A stretch of DNA of 56,299 nucleotides. Origin: an uncultured bacterium (GTDB taxonomy: Bacteria > Armatimonadota > UBA5829). The stretch spans positions 1-56,299 of the forward strand of contig CAYSLA010000003.1 of the NCBI GenBank assembly GCA_964431685.1, given 5' to 3'. Positions within the stretch are counted from its first letter, which is position 1; each line of letters opens with the position of its first letter. Position numbers and translations under genes: made by a program. This document shows positions 13,705-23,100 of this stretch, in pieces. Below the pieces are notes generated by a model. It was not told the DNA's origin. It worked only from the letters and a program-made list of their open reading frames with translations, and ran no database searches.

Positions 13705-15534
13705 TCAGTATCCGCCGGATTTCGCGGCTCTGGCTTTGCGCTGCTCTGCGAAGTAGCCGGGTGTTCTCGCTGAGCGCACCTTGGCAGGGCTGGCGGAACG
13801 GCTCCCGGATGACTTGCGAACCTGCGCGGGGCCTGATGGCCGGTTGCGCGGCGCCATCGGAGCGCGCTTGAACTCATCCCTGACCGGAACACGTCCCCCC
13901 TCCGTTTCGGAGGGGGCTAGGGGGAGGTGCGGGGCCGGTGCGCTGTAGTCAAAAGATTCCAGCTTGCGTCGCTCGATGGGACCGCCTTGCGCCTTCTCGA
14001 TGTCGAAGACCGTCGCCGCATCCTTTGGGGTCACCAGAGTAATCGCGTCACCCTCGCGTTCCATCCGCCCGGTCCGCCCGATGCGGTGCAGATATGTGTC
14101 GGCGGTATCAGGGATGTCATAGTTGATGACGTGGGATATGGTCGCAACATCCAGGCCGCGTGCGGCGATATCGGTGGCAACCAGTATCTGGCACCGACCT
14201 CCCCGGAAATCGTCCAGCGCAACCTGCCGCTGATTCTGTGACCTGTTTGCGTGCAGCGCGGCGGTTCTGTATCCGGCCTTCTGAATCTGCTCTGCGACGC
14301 GGTTCGCGCGGTGCTTTGTGCGTGTGAAGATCAGCACCGAGTTGGTGTCGGAACGTTCGAGAACGTTTAGGACCATCGAGGTCTTAAGGTGTTCCGGGCA
14401 CGGGTAAAGCGCGTGCGCGATGGTCCTGGGAGGCGCACAGATATCTACGTCCACTCGCTGCGGATTCCTCAGAGTCTCTTCACTCAGCTTCATCAGCTCA
14501 GGTGCGAAGGTGGCCGAAAACAGCATTGTGTGGCGCTCTCTCGGAAGTTGAGTAAGTATGCGCCGGATGGGCGGAAGAAATCCCATGTCCAGCATTCTGT
14601 CCGCCTCGTCCAACACAAGCTTGGTCACGTGCGAGAAATCCGTATTGCCGCGATCCATATGGTCGAGCAACCTGCCCGGACAAGCGACTATTACATCGGC
14701 TCCGTTCTTGAGAGCCTGTTCCTGTGGGATCATCCCGACTCCGCCGTAGACTGTCGCCGATTTTATCTTCGTGAACTTGCCCAACTGTTTGAACGTGTCG
14801 TTTATCTGCTCCGCCAGCTCTCGGGTGGGCGTTAGCACAATAGCTCTGGTGTGGCATTTATCGCCCGGGTTGTCCAGCAGATGCTGGAGTATTGGCAGAA
14901 CGAACGCGGCCGTTTTGCCGGTTCCAGTCTGAGCAGTGCCGATCAGATCCTGTCCTGCAAGAGCAATGGGAATTGTCGAGGTCTGCACTGGTGTGGGGAT
15001 GTCATACCCGGCCGCGCCAATCGCGCGGAGCAGGCGCGGGTCCAGATTGAACTGCGCGAATGTCATTTCACCGGAAGGCGCGTCGTTGCCCTGTCTGGTC
15101 TTCTTGGGCTTGCGCAAGACGAACTTCCTGGGGCCGGTCTCGGCGGTCGCTTCCCGAACGGTCTTGAAGCACTCTGCGCAATGCACGGGCTTTTCCGCAG
15201 AGGGTTTGAAAGGCACTTGGGCTTCTTTGCCGCAGGTTGAGCACGGGGCGGTGTACGTCTGCGTGTCGCCACCCCTGCTGTGTCTGCGCCTGCCGGTTCG
15301 CCTGGTGTGGCATTCCGCGCACCGCGTCGGAGGGTTGAGGCCCTCCTGCAAGAACTGCTGCTGCATCTGTGCAGTGAATATGAACGTCTGCTCGCAGTCG
15401 CGGCACACGCACTCTTTGTCTTGATACTTCAAATACTTGAACTCCTGGTTGTGTTTTACACCATTGTCTCCGAGGCTTGAAGCGAGTGAGCCAGCCGAAC
15501 CGAAGATCTCAGGGGACAACCAGGCCATAGCCAA
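13705..15534 (-). CDS. DEAD-box ATP-dependent RNA helicase with two N-terminal CxxC zinc ribbons and a basic C-terminal tail
   Basis: Motifs seen are the Q-motif (FAQF…TPVQ), AQTGTGKT, PTRELA, DEAD, SAT and HRIGRTGR. The N-terminus has CRDC…CAEC and CSTC…CAEC. The ATG at 15528 is a possible alternative to the TTG at 15534. Confidence 0.92.
   Translation of the reverse strand: MAMAWLSPEIFGSAGSLASSLGDNGVKHNQEFKYLKYQDKECVCRDCEQTFIFTAQMQQQFLQEGLNPPTRCAECHTRRTGRRRHSRGGDTQTYTAPCSTCGKEAQVPFKPSAEKPVHCAECFKTVREATAETGPRKFVLRKPKKTRQGNDAPSGEMTFAQFNLDPRLLRAIGAAGYDIPTPVQTSTIPIALAGQDLIGTAQTGTGKTAAFVLPILQHLLDNPGDKCHTRAIVLTPTRELAEQINDTFKQLGKFTKIKSATVYGGVGMIPQEQALKNGADVIVACPGRLLDHMDRGNTDFSHVTKLVLDEADRMLDMGFLPPIRRILTQLPRERHTMLFSATFAPELMKLSEETLRNPQRVDVDICAPPRTIAHALYPCPEHLKTSMVLNVLERSDTNSVLIFTRTKHRANRVAEQIQKAGYRTAALHANRSQNQRQVALDDFRGGRCQILVATDIAARGLDVATISHVINYDIPDTADTYLHRIGRTGRMEREGDAITLVTPKDAATVFDIEKAQGGPIERRKLESFDYSAPAPHLPLAPSETEGGRVPVRDEFKRAPMAPRNRPSGPAQVRKSSGSRSASPAKVRSARTPGYFAEQRKARAAKSGGY
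13890..13929. repeat. C/G-rich palindromic element (variant of 4586-4618) inside the helicase C-terminal coding region
   Basis: The sequence cacgtcccccctccgtttcggagggggctagggggaggtg has the same arms as 4586-4618, with a 4-nt ctag insertion and one mismatch. Confidence 0.7.
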
Positions 15535-15629
15535 AGCAACGTAACAATCTCTGCTATTATATCACGAATGACGCAAAATGTATAATTTGCACTGGATTGC
15601 ACGAGTGATACGACTCTCGCAAAGCTGCC

Positions 15630-15815
15630 TTGTCGGAGCACCTCAGTCCGAATCAGCTTGACTTCATACGCCGCCTCGAGCCGATAAATGTCGAAAGCCG
15701 ATATCCTGCGGATCGCGAACTACTTGCCAGAGCGCTCTCGCGAGAGAAGTGCGTGCAGATTCTGGAGCAAACGACGGAGATGTACAGATGGATAGAGCTG
15801 AAGCTATCAGGATAG
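15630..15815 (+). pseudogene. HEPN-domain fragment (C-terminal half only)
   Basis: 61 aa. The sequence LDFIRRLEPINVESRYPAD…EQTTEMYRWIELKL matches the C-terminal helices of HEPN (RYP motif). The N-terminal ~70 aa are absent and only 95 bp separate this ORF from the helicase start. Confidence 0.55.
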
Positions 15816-16105
15816 CCAAGCGGTATTCGGATAGAGTGTGCGAGAAGATGCAGGTACGGAAGGTTGTCCTGTATGGCTCGCAGCTCCGAGGGGACGCGCA
15901 CGACGACAGTGACATAGACATAGCCGTTATTACTCGTGGGCTTGAGCAGGACTATCTTGACATTGCCGCTGAGCTATACCGTATCCGAAGTGAGGTAGAT
16001 ATTCACATCGAGCCAATATTGCTCGATGAGACACGTGACCGAACCGGTTTCGTCAAGGAAATCGTCAGAACCGGCGAATCCGTGTATGAGTCGGAAGAAG
16101 ACTGA
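15788..16105 (+). CDS. Minimal nucleotidyltransferase (MNT) partner of HEPN
   Basis: The Pol-beta-type NTase motif is VVLYGSQLRGDAHDDSDIDIAV. The ATG at 15788 overlaps the end of the HEPN fragment. Confidence 0.75.
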   Translation: MDRAEAIRIAKRYSDRVCEKMQVRKVVLYGSQLRGDAHDDSDIDIAVITRGLEQDYLDIAAELYRIRSEVDIHIEPILLDETRDRTGFVKEIVRTGESVYESEED

Positions 16106-16215
16106 CGGCAGTATCCAGTTGGTGCTCCGGTTCTTTGCCCAGGTGTGTGTGTCACTAACAACTGCGCACTAGACTGGGTGTCCCGGTGTATCTGCGAGTG
16201 ACCTGAGATGTCGCG

Positions 16216-16941
16216 CTACAGTCTCCTACCGATGGAGCTCCAGATGGTTTCCGCAATGGCAGCCATGCCTTTGTCGCCCGGATGGTTCCCGACATCGACG
16301 TTCTTGAACATGCGCTCTGCGGAAGCGAAGTTCGATTTGTCGGTTCCCAGTTGGCCAATCTCCACAAATGTGCCCCCGACCTTAGTGCAAGCCCGCCGCA
16401 GCATCTCGTCTCTGTCTGGGGCGGGCCAGAAGCAACTTCGCACAATGATCTCCGGGCTGCCGCTGCTCTTGAGCGCAATCAGCAGCTCCACTACCGCGTC
16501 TCGGAACGTCATTTTGGCCTCGTCTGTGGTGAGGCTGGGCACGTTTTCGCCAATGGCCAGAATAACGACATCGGGCCTGAAGTCAATGTGTTTCGTGAAG
16601 GCCGTGGGGATGTCGAAGGTGTCGTGATGCCTTTCGAAGTCGGCGATGTTCTCGACTATCGCGTCCGGTGTGCGCCCCCCGGCTGCTTCGGCAAACCTGG
16701 CGAGCAGCAGATGCACGTAGTCTTTGTCCGGTGCGCTCGCCGCCATGCCGCAGTCGCCGGGCCAATCTTCGTCCGGCACCGGTGGGTGCATAGTAATGCT
16801 GTTGCCTAAGAAAAGAGCCCTGTCTACTTTCAATCTGGCCACCTTTGCGTCACGATACGGACTGAGCTGATGAATGGCGAAGCGGTTACTTGCCGGATTA
16901 TACCACCTATCCACAGTTGCGGCAAGACTCCGCCCAGGCAA
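16216..16941 (-). CDS. SGNH/GDSL-like hydrolase (esterase)
   Basis: Block I is LFLGNSIT, block III is LAIGENV and the block V-like segment is DVGNHPGDKG. The start is a TTG, so the 5' end is uncertain. Confidence 0.6.
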   Translation of the reverse strand: MPGRSLAATVDRWYNPASNRFAIHQLSPYRDAKVARLKVDRALFLGNSITMHPPVPDEDWPGDCGMAASAPDKDYVHLLLARFAEAAGGRTPDAIVENIADFERHHDTFDIPTAFTKHIDFRPDVVILAIGENVPSLTTDEAKMTFRDAVVELLIALKSSGSPEIIVRSCFWPAPDRDEMLRRACTKVGGTFVEIGQLGTDKSNFASAERMFKNVDVGNHPGDKGMAAIAETIWSSIGRRL

Positions 16942-17342
16942 CGGATAGCAGGCGAAATGTCTTGGGCGATGGCTATCGATTCCACTCGTCTGCGTGGGCC
17001 AGGCATTGGAGAGACATGTAGGTGCCGAGCATATCGCTGATAGGCAGCGGATCGGATATCCTGATCGAGTGGTGTGCGGGCAGACAAAACGCGCGGGCGA
17101 ACGCGAAAGCGCCGTCGGTCTTGCGATAGTTCTCCAGAAAGCATCGCACCAGCATGTCCGCAGGGCGTACTACATCGCTGTGCCGGTGTGTGCCTTTGAG
17201 CTGCTTATACAGGTCACGCATAGTCCAGAGCGCATCCCAGCCACTCCAGCACTCCTGACCGTACAGTCTCAACGTAACTCGTGTCGCCTCTGCCCAATGT
17301 TTCCCCCCGCGTACCAGTTTCCTGTTTTTGTAGCTGGGCCTA

Positions 17343-20144
17343 TCACAAAGTCAGTCTGGATTCAAAAGTGTATTGGCCTCCGAGCACGGTAAACACGGCA
17401 AGGCTATCGGTCTGCCCCGCTTCCTGTTTGACGTGCGCCTCGTCACCCTCAATGAGCCGGACGTTCTCTCCGGGAACGTAGACCACAGCCTCGGTATTGG
17501 CCGGCACTGCCGCGTGCAGAGTCAGTCGATCGCCAGATATGATCCATCTGCTGGTGATCAGGCCCCGCACCGAATCGTATTGTGCTTCGACCCACGTGAG
17601 CGCGGGATCGATCTGCGGGCGGATGATGAACCGCCGGAAACCGGGCTGATCCGGGTCAGGACAGATTCCACCGAGTGACTGGTAGAACCAGAAGCTGATC
17701 GTGGACAGTCCGGGGTGAGGAATCATCCCTCCAGTCCAGAACTCGGGCATTATCGTCAAGCGTTCGGGAGTCTGCGGGTGGTCCAGCATGCTCCAGATGC
17801 TCGGCGCAGTCTCGTTAGCAAGGATGACGTGAGCGACATCGGGACGGTTCAGCTTAATCAGCGTTTTGAGCAGAGCAACCGTGCCGCCGAAGCCCGTGTT
17901 CAGATGCCCATTTCGGGTGTCCATGATGTCGGCTATCAGTTGGTCGGCGACCTTGTCTCTAGCCTCCGAAGGGACTATATCCAGTGCGAGAGCCATAGCG
18001 TGGCAGCCCTGATCTCCGTCGCCATACAGACCAGCATCCCGATCCAGAAAGTCGGCCCGATTGCACTTATCCACCAGTCTTCCCTGCACCTGCCGGTAAC
18101 GCTCGGCGTCTGCATCCTCGCCCAGGACGCTGGCTATGTGTTCAACCGCTCGGAAGTAGCCTACCATCGCCATAGTTTCGTACAGATCTCCGGTATGGGG
18201 ATCGTACCACCTCGCCGTCGGTCGGCCGTGGTCGCCACACGGGGCTTCTGCGTGCCCCTGCTCCGGCGGACGCCACGTACGCGCAGAGAGATCGTGCCGA
18301 GGCAGGATCAGGTCGGTGTAATTGCGTATTGACTCATAGTTTGCGCGGAGTATCTCCGTGTCACCGTAGAACAGATAGGCAAGCCACGGAAGATGAGCCA
18401 GGGCTTCCTTGGGCGCGGGGTAGTCCAGTGAGATGGGCGCGCCGTACATCCCGGCCCAACCATCTGGGCGCTGCTGGTCGCGAAAGTCCCCGGTGAGTTT
18501 GCGGCAGTAAGCGGCCAGATCCCACCCACAGAGCGATGACTCGGACGGCATGAACGTGCCGAACCTCTCCTGCCACGAATCCATCATCATACCGCTCAAC
18601 AGATGGGCCCGAACGGTGCGCTCGGCAACGGCTGCTATCTCCGTGAGTTTCGGGTCGGAGCACGCAAAGCTACCGGCACGCTCGACAGCACTGCCGATGT
18701 CTACTCCCCGGACGCTTACCACCTCGGGTTCCGGGCCTTTCCCAAAGAAGAACACAGGCACATATCTTACGACCCGGTGAGCGAAATGCAGTCGGATGGT
18801 CTCCTGCTGTCCGCCTCGCAGACGGTGGCAGTCCAGACCAAACATGCAGACCCAGTCGCCGTGACTTCCACTGACCTGCAGTTCGACCCATCCTGATACG
18901 TGCCTGCCCAGATCATACACCCAGCCTCCCAGAAACTGTTCGCCACACATCTCCAGGCAGGCGCGGTATGTCTTCTGCCATTCCTTGAAGAACCAGACGT
19001 CGGGGCTGAATGTGCTCCCCCCGTTGTAGAGGCCGTATCGGTTCAGTTCTTCGATGAGTTCAGTCTGGCTCTTTTGCCCGTCTATCCGCTGGCGGCTGAT
19101 TGGCTGCGCCTCGTATCGCACGCAGTTTGGCTCAATCATGTTGGCGCTCAGTTGAGCAGTAGGCGCGGCAACGTAGTTGATCCTATCCCAAAGGCTATCG
19201 TCGAACCTGGGTTCGTCCCAGCCCGGGGTCTCGCTCATACCATCGTAGGTCTCCCCGGAAAAGCCAAAACAGTACTTCCAATGGCTGCGCACCGGAGTGA
19301 GCGGACTCTCGGACGTCTTCCAGTGCTCGTCTGTACAGATAATCTCTTGAGAGCCATCGGCGTATCGAACTTCGAGTTGAGCGATGAGCACTTGCGGAGG
19401 ATAGGGGTAACCCATCAAGCCTGGCATCTTCATCTCCGACCAGGTGGCGGGGTCGCCGAACCATCCCGGCGAAAGCCACACGCCTATCGTGTTGTCTCCC
19501 TCATCCAAAAGACGGGATACATCAAAGGTGTCATAGAACATCCTCTTGGGGAAGTAGCTGAGGGTTGGGCCGAGCACTTGGTCGCTCAAGGTCCGCAAAG
19601 GAGCGGAGACGAACGCCTGGCGCGCGGCGCCGTTTATGGTCGCCTCGTAAGCGCCCTGACCGCAGATATACAGTCGCGCCGATTGCACGGGAGCGTGTAA
19701 GACGAAATCACGGCGCAATCGCGGAGACGCACTGAACTGTCCTCCGGTGATCCAGTTGGCCTGCCAGTCTGATGGCTCAAGCAGCCCCATTTCGAAGAAA
19801 GCCGCCTCGGAAGCGCCCGCGGGCTCGCCGTCCCTGTCCCATGCGTGAACCTGCCAGTAGCATCGCTGCCTGCTGGGTAGGGTTGTTCCGGCGTATGGCA
19901 CATTCACCGTCTCCGCCGACTGCACGACTCCGCTGTCCCACAAATCCGGCTGATCCTCAGCCAGAAGGCTGTAGGACGAAGCTACCACTATCCGATAGGC
20001 GCTCTGCAACTGCCCGGACTGCTCGCTCTCGAGCGTCCAGCTCAATCGCGGATTGCGGGCATCGATTCCCAGAGGGTTGACCAGATACTCGCAACGGGGG
20101 CTCGCTGGCCTCAGTGTTCTCCCGCGGTCTTCGGAGTCCTTCAT
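17343..20144 (-). CDS. Alpha-L-rhamnosidase (GH78)
   Basis: The typical GH78 N-terminus is present: CEYLVNPLGIDARNPRLSWTLES…YRIVVASS…WDSGVV…YWQVHAWD. A large (alpha/alpha)6-type C-terminal half follows. I prefer the ATG at 20144 with a GAGGTG Shine-Dalgarno over the track start at 20192. Confidence 0.85.
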   Translation of the reverse strand: MKDSEDRGRTLRPASPRCEYLVNPLGIDARNPRLSWTLESEQSGQLQSAYRIVVASSYSLLAEDQPDLWDSGVVQSAETVNVPYAGTTLPSRQRCYWQVHAWDRDGEPAGASEAAFFEMGLLEPSDWQANWITGGQFSASPRLRRDFVLHAPVQSARLYICGQGAYEATINGAARQAFVSAPLRTLSDQVLGPTLSYFPKRMFYDTFDVSRLLDEGDNTIGVWLSPGWFGDPATWSEMKMPGLMGYPYPPQVLIAQLEVRYADGSQEIICTDEHWKTSESPLTPVRSHWKYCFGFSGETYDGMSETPGWDEPRFDDSLWDRINYVAAPTAQLSANMIEPNCVRYEAQPISRQRIDGQKSQTELIEELNRYGLYNGGSTFSPDVWFFKEWQKTYRACLEMCGEQFLGGWVYDLGRHVSGWVELQVSGSHGDWVCMFGLDCHRLRGGQQETIRLHFAHRVVRYVPVFFFGKGPEPEVVSVRGVDIGSAVERAGSFACSDPKLTEIAAVAERTVRAHLLSGMMMDSWQERFGTFMPSESSLCGWDLAAYCRKLTGDFRDQQRPDGWAGMYGAPISLDYPAPKEALAHLPWLAYLFYGDTEILRANYESIRNYTDLILPRHDLSARTWRPPEQGHAEAPCGDHGRPTARWYDPHTGDLYETMAMVGYFRAVEHIASVLGEDADAERYRQVQGRLVDKCNRADFLDRDAGLYGDGDQGCHAMALALDIVPSEARDKVADQLIADIMDTRNGHLNTGFGGTVALLKTLIKLNRPDVAHVILANETAPSIWSMLDHPQTPERLTIMPEFWTGGMIPHPGLSTISFWFYQSLGGICPDPDQPGFRRFIIRPQIDPALTWVEAQYDSVRGLITSRWIISGDRLTLHAAVPANTEAVVYVPGENVRLIEGDEAHVKQEAGQTDSLAVFTVLGGQYTFESRLTL

Positions 20145-20176
20145 CGGTTCACCTCGCACGTGGCTGCTCTGCCGCG

Positions 20177-23100
20177 CTACGGCGCTTTCCACGGCCTCGG
20201 CGTCTGTAGCACGATCATCCGGTAATTATACTCCGTAACGGGAAAGACCACCACACCGTCCTCGATGCGGGCGTACTCCGCGGCGCTGTTGTCGAACAGC
20301 TCGCCCTCCTTGGTCGGAGCATCCCAGTCCTTCACCCGGAACCCGGTGGAATGGACTGCGTTGACAGCCGTCACGGTGGTCCAGTCGTCAAAGCCGAGTT
20401 GCTTCCAGTCGAGCTTCAGGCGAACCGGGCCTTTGTAGTCTCCGTGGTTATAGAAGATAAGCACGGCCTGGTGGATGCCATCGAGCCCGGTGTCGTAGGT
20501 GTCATAGTAGGAGTGTCCATACATCGACACGCTGACGGGCTGCTTGACGTAGAACGAGGCGTAGAACTCGGGACTGTCCACCGTAGTTACGGTCTGTTCC
20601 CAGTAGGGAATGAACCGGTTGAACGGGCTGAACATGTGATAGTTGTTGAACGGGACAAGCTCCCGCTCGCTCAGCAATCCCTCCAGGTAGCCTATCTTGC
20701 CGAACCAGCCGGTTCCGCAGTAGCAGTCGTGAAGCCACTGCACACCCGTCCACTGGTCCCACAGATCCGAGAAGCCGTACTTTCGCAGGGTCTCTGCACT
20801 GATGCGTCCCTGGCTGAGAAACGCGTTCCAGAAACCCCAGTTCGTGCCCATATACTGCGCTCTGTAGTTGTCCGGGGTAAGGAGGGTGCGATAGGTCGGG
20901 TTGTCGGCATTGATGATCGAGTTGCCATTCTCACCATCGTAGTCGCCCACGCAGTAGGACATGAAGATCATCGAAGGTCCCTCGGATGCGTGATACCAGA
21001 GCCCTCCGCCTGGGAAGACCACGTTCTGTATGTTGTATATCCGCTTCAAAACCTGCCTGTGTCCCAGCAGGCTCCAAGTGGGGGCAATGGTGCCGTCGGC
21101 GCGCTTGTATCCGGCCCCGGCGTATGTGTTGCTGGAACTCCAGGGCATGCTCACGTCGAAGTAGCCGCCGGCCACCGGTTCTTTCTTGAAGTACTCATTG
21201 AACCGCCAGATTATGTAGTCCTGCAGGCTCCTCGATTCCGTGGTAACGGGCACACTCCCACGCGACACCGAGTACTTCCCGCGCCAGCGCACGGTCTGAT
21301 CGGTCAGCCACTCATCGCCGAACTCCTGCATCGCTTCGTCCCTGGCTCCCATCATCATCAGGGTAGTGTGATGTACCGGCCTGTGCTCCACGCCCGGCAG
21401 AGTGGTTGACATCCTCGCGCGCTGAACGGAAGACTTGTTTATCCAGTGCTCGTGGAACGGCCTCCACAGCTCCTCCTGGTCCTGCCAGTAGCCCACCACG
21501 TGCGCATACCTGCGGAATCTGTCGCCTTCCACTGTGCGCAGCGTCTTTGGCCTGACCGGGGTTGCTATGAAACCGAACGGAATGTCCCTGGCCTCGGTCA
21601 GGGTGAACGGTTTGTTCACGAAATCCACGCGGGCTGTGCCGCCCTCGGGCGACGAGGTGACCTTCAGGCAGTTGTTCACGTCAGTGACTTCGTAAGGCCC
21701 GGAGGTCTCTGCGCACCACTGGATCCCGCCGATTGCGTTTCCCAGCCAGATGAACTCCGGCGAGCCGACGAAGCCCTCGGGCTTTAGCTTGCCGGTGTTT
21801 CGCATCGAGTAGTCGCGGGCATTGATGACATCGCTGAACGCCGGATTGTATGGTATCTCAAATGCAAGCGATCTTACTCGAACGCTTGAATCCGGTATGA
21901 GCCTGAGATTGGACCAGACCATACCGTCATACTCAATCCAGAAGCTGTGTTCCACGGTCAGCTTTCCGAGTTTCACGCTTCTGATGCCCTCAAGGCGCGT
22001 GTTCGATACTTTGGTCCATCGTATGTCCCCGGCGACCGCGGCCGGCGAGAGCTCCCCTTCCGAGGTCTCGAGTGAAATCCCAATGGGCGAACGCAGGATC
22101 GGTTTGCCCTGTGTAGATACGGCCTGAGGGAAGAGCTTGTCGCCAAAATCGTAAACACGGCCCCACACGCTCACGGAGTTGCCGTCGACCTTGATGTCCT
22201 GCCAGGGACAAGGTGCATCCTCACCATCAAACCCCAGCGTGTTTCCATACCACTCCGGCATAGGGTTCTTATCGAAAGTGTGGGTGGCTGTCTCGATGAC
22301 TTTGCCACGCGCCTTGAATACGAACGTGGTCGTGTAGGTTCCGGTGGGCAGAGACTTGGTGGGTATGTCGCGAACAAAATGGTAGTCTTTGAATCCTTTC
22401 AGAACCTCGCCCCACTTCTTTGCGCCCGATTTGTCCTTGACCGAGACCTCCGCGACAATCTCCCCTGGCTCGTAGATGGCGTGGTTGGTGAAGCCTACCT
22501 CGTATGCCACCTTGTCGTAGGACGGATACTTGCGGAAGTAGACGTCCGCCTCAGTCGGCCGCTGGACCGGATAGCCCGCAACCAGCACATCGGCGTTGGT
22601 CTGACTGTCTGTCACCCTGTGAGTGATCGTGTGCGTGCGTGGATCGACAATCCGTCCCGCATACTCGTAGACCACTTTCTCACCGGCGGGAACGGTGACT
22701 GTCTTGTCATCGCTCAGTTCGCCGCTGTTGGTTGTCACAGTGCATCGCACCGTCCTGGGCTCTCCAGAAGTGTTTACAAGCTCGGTAACGAAGTGCGGCT
22801 TGCCCTGGCCAATCTCGCCGATTGAGACTTGCCTTGCTGTCACGCCGGAGTCCTGGAAGACAACGCGCCCGGCGGGGCTGCACCGTAGTTCGTTTCCTTC
22901 GTCACTTGGCGCACGGTTGCCCCAGGCCCAGCTCGCCATCCCGCTGCGAATTGTCTGCCAAATCCGCATGAAGTTCACATACCACACGTCGCCGGCCTTG
23001 GGAGCGGGTATGTCGAACGAGTCCAGAGGCAGCGCAATCTCGAGGTGCCAGCCGTCCGTGTCGAGCGTCGACGCGCTGGTCCAGTCCGGGTCCCATGCAA

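Noticed and set aside
16973-17272. 99-aa ORF between the rhamnosidase and the SGNH esterase
   Set aside because: It has a TTG start, no SD and no recognisable motif. It may be a remnant of a degraded gene or a small real protein, and I cannot support either reading.
20351-21409. 352-aa plus-strand ORF antisense to the 1418-aa gene. Similar long antisense ORFs occur at 1321-2010, 25346-26209, 28076-28804, 30293-31060, 35639-36241, 38493-39092, 45743-46552, 48174-49187 and 52353-53246.
   Set aside because: These are shadow ORFs, typical of high-GC DNA. They lie fully inside genes with strong family motifs, have Arg/Ala/Gly/Pro-rich low-complexity translations, and carry no SD or motif.
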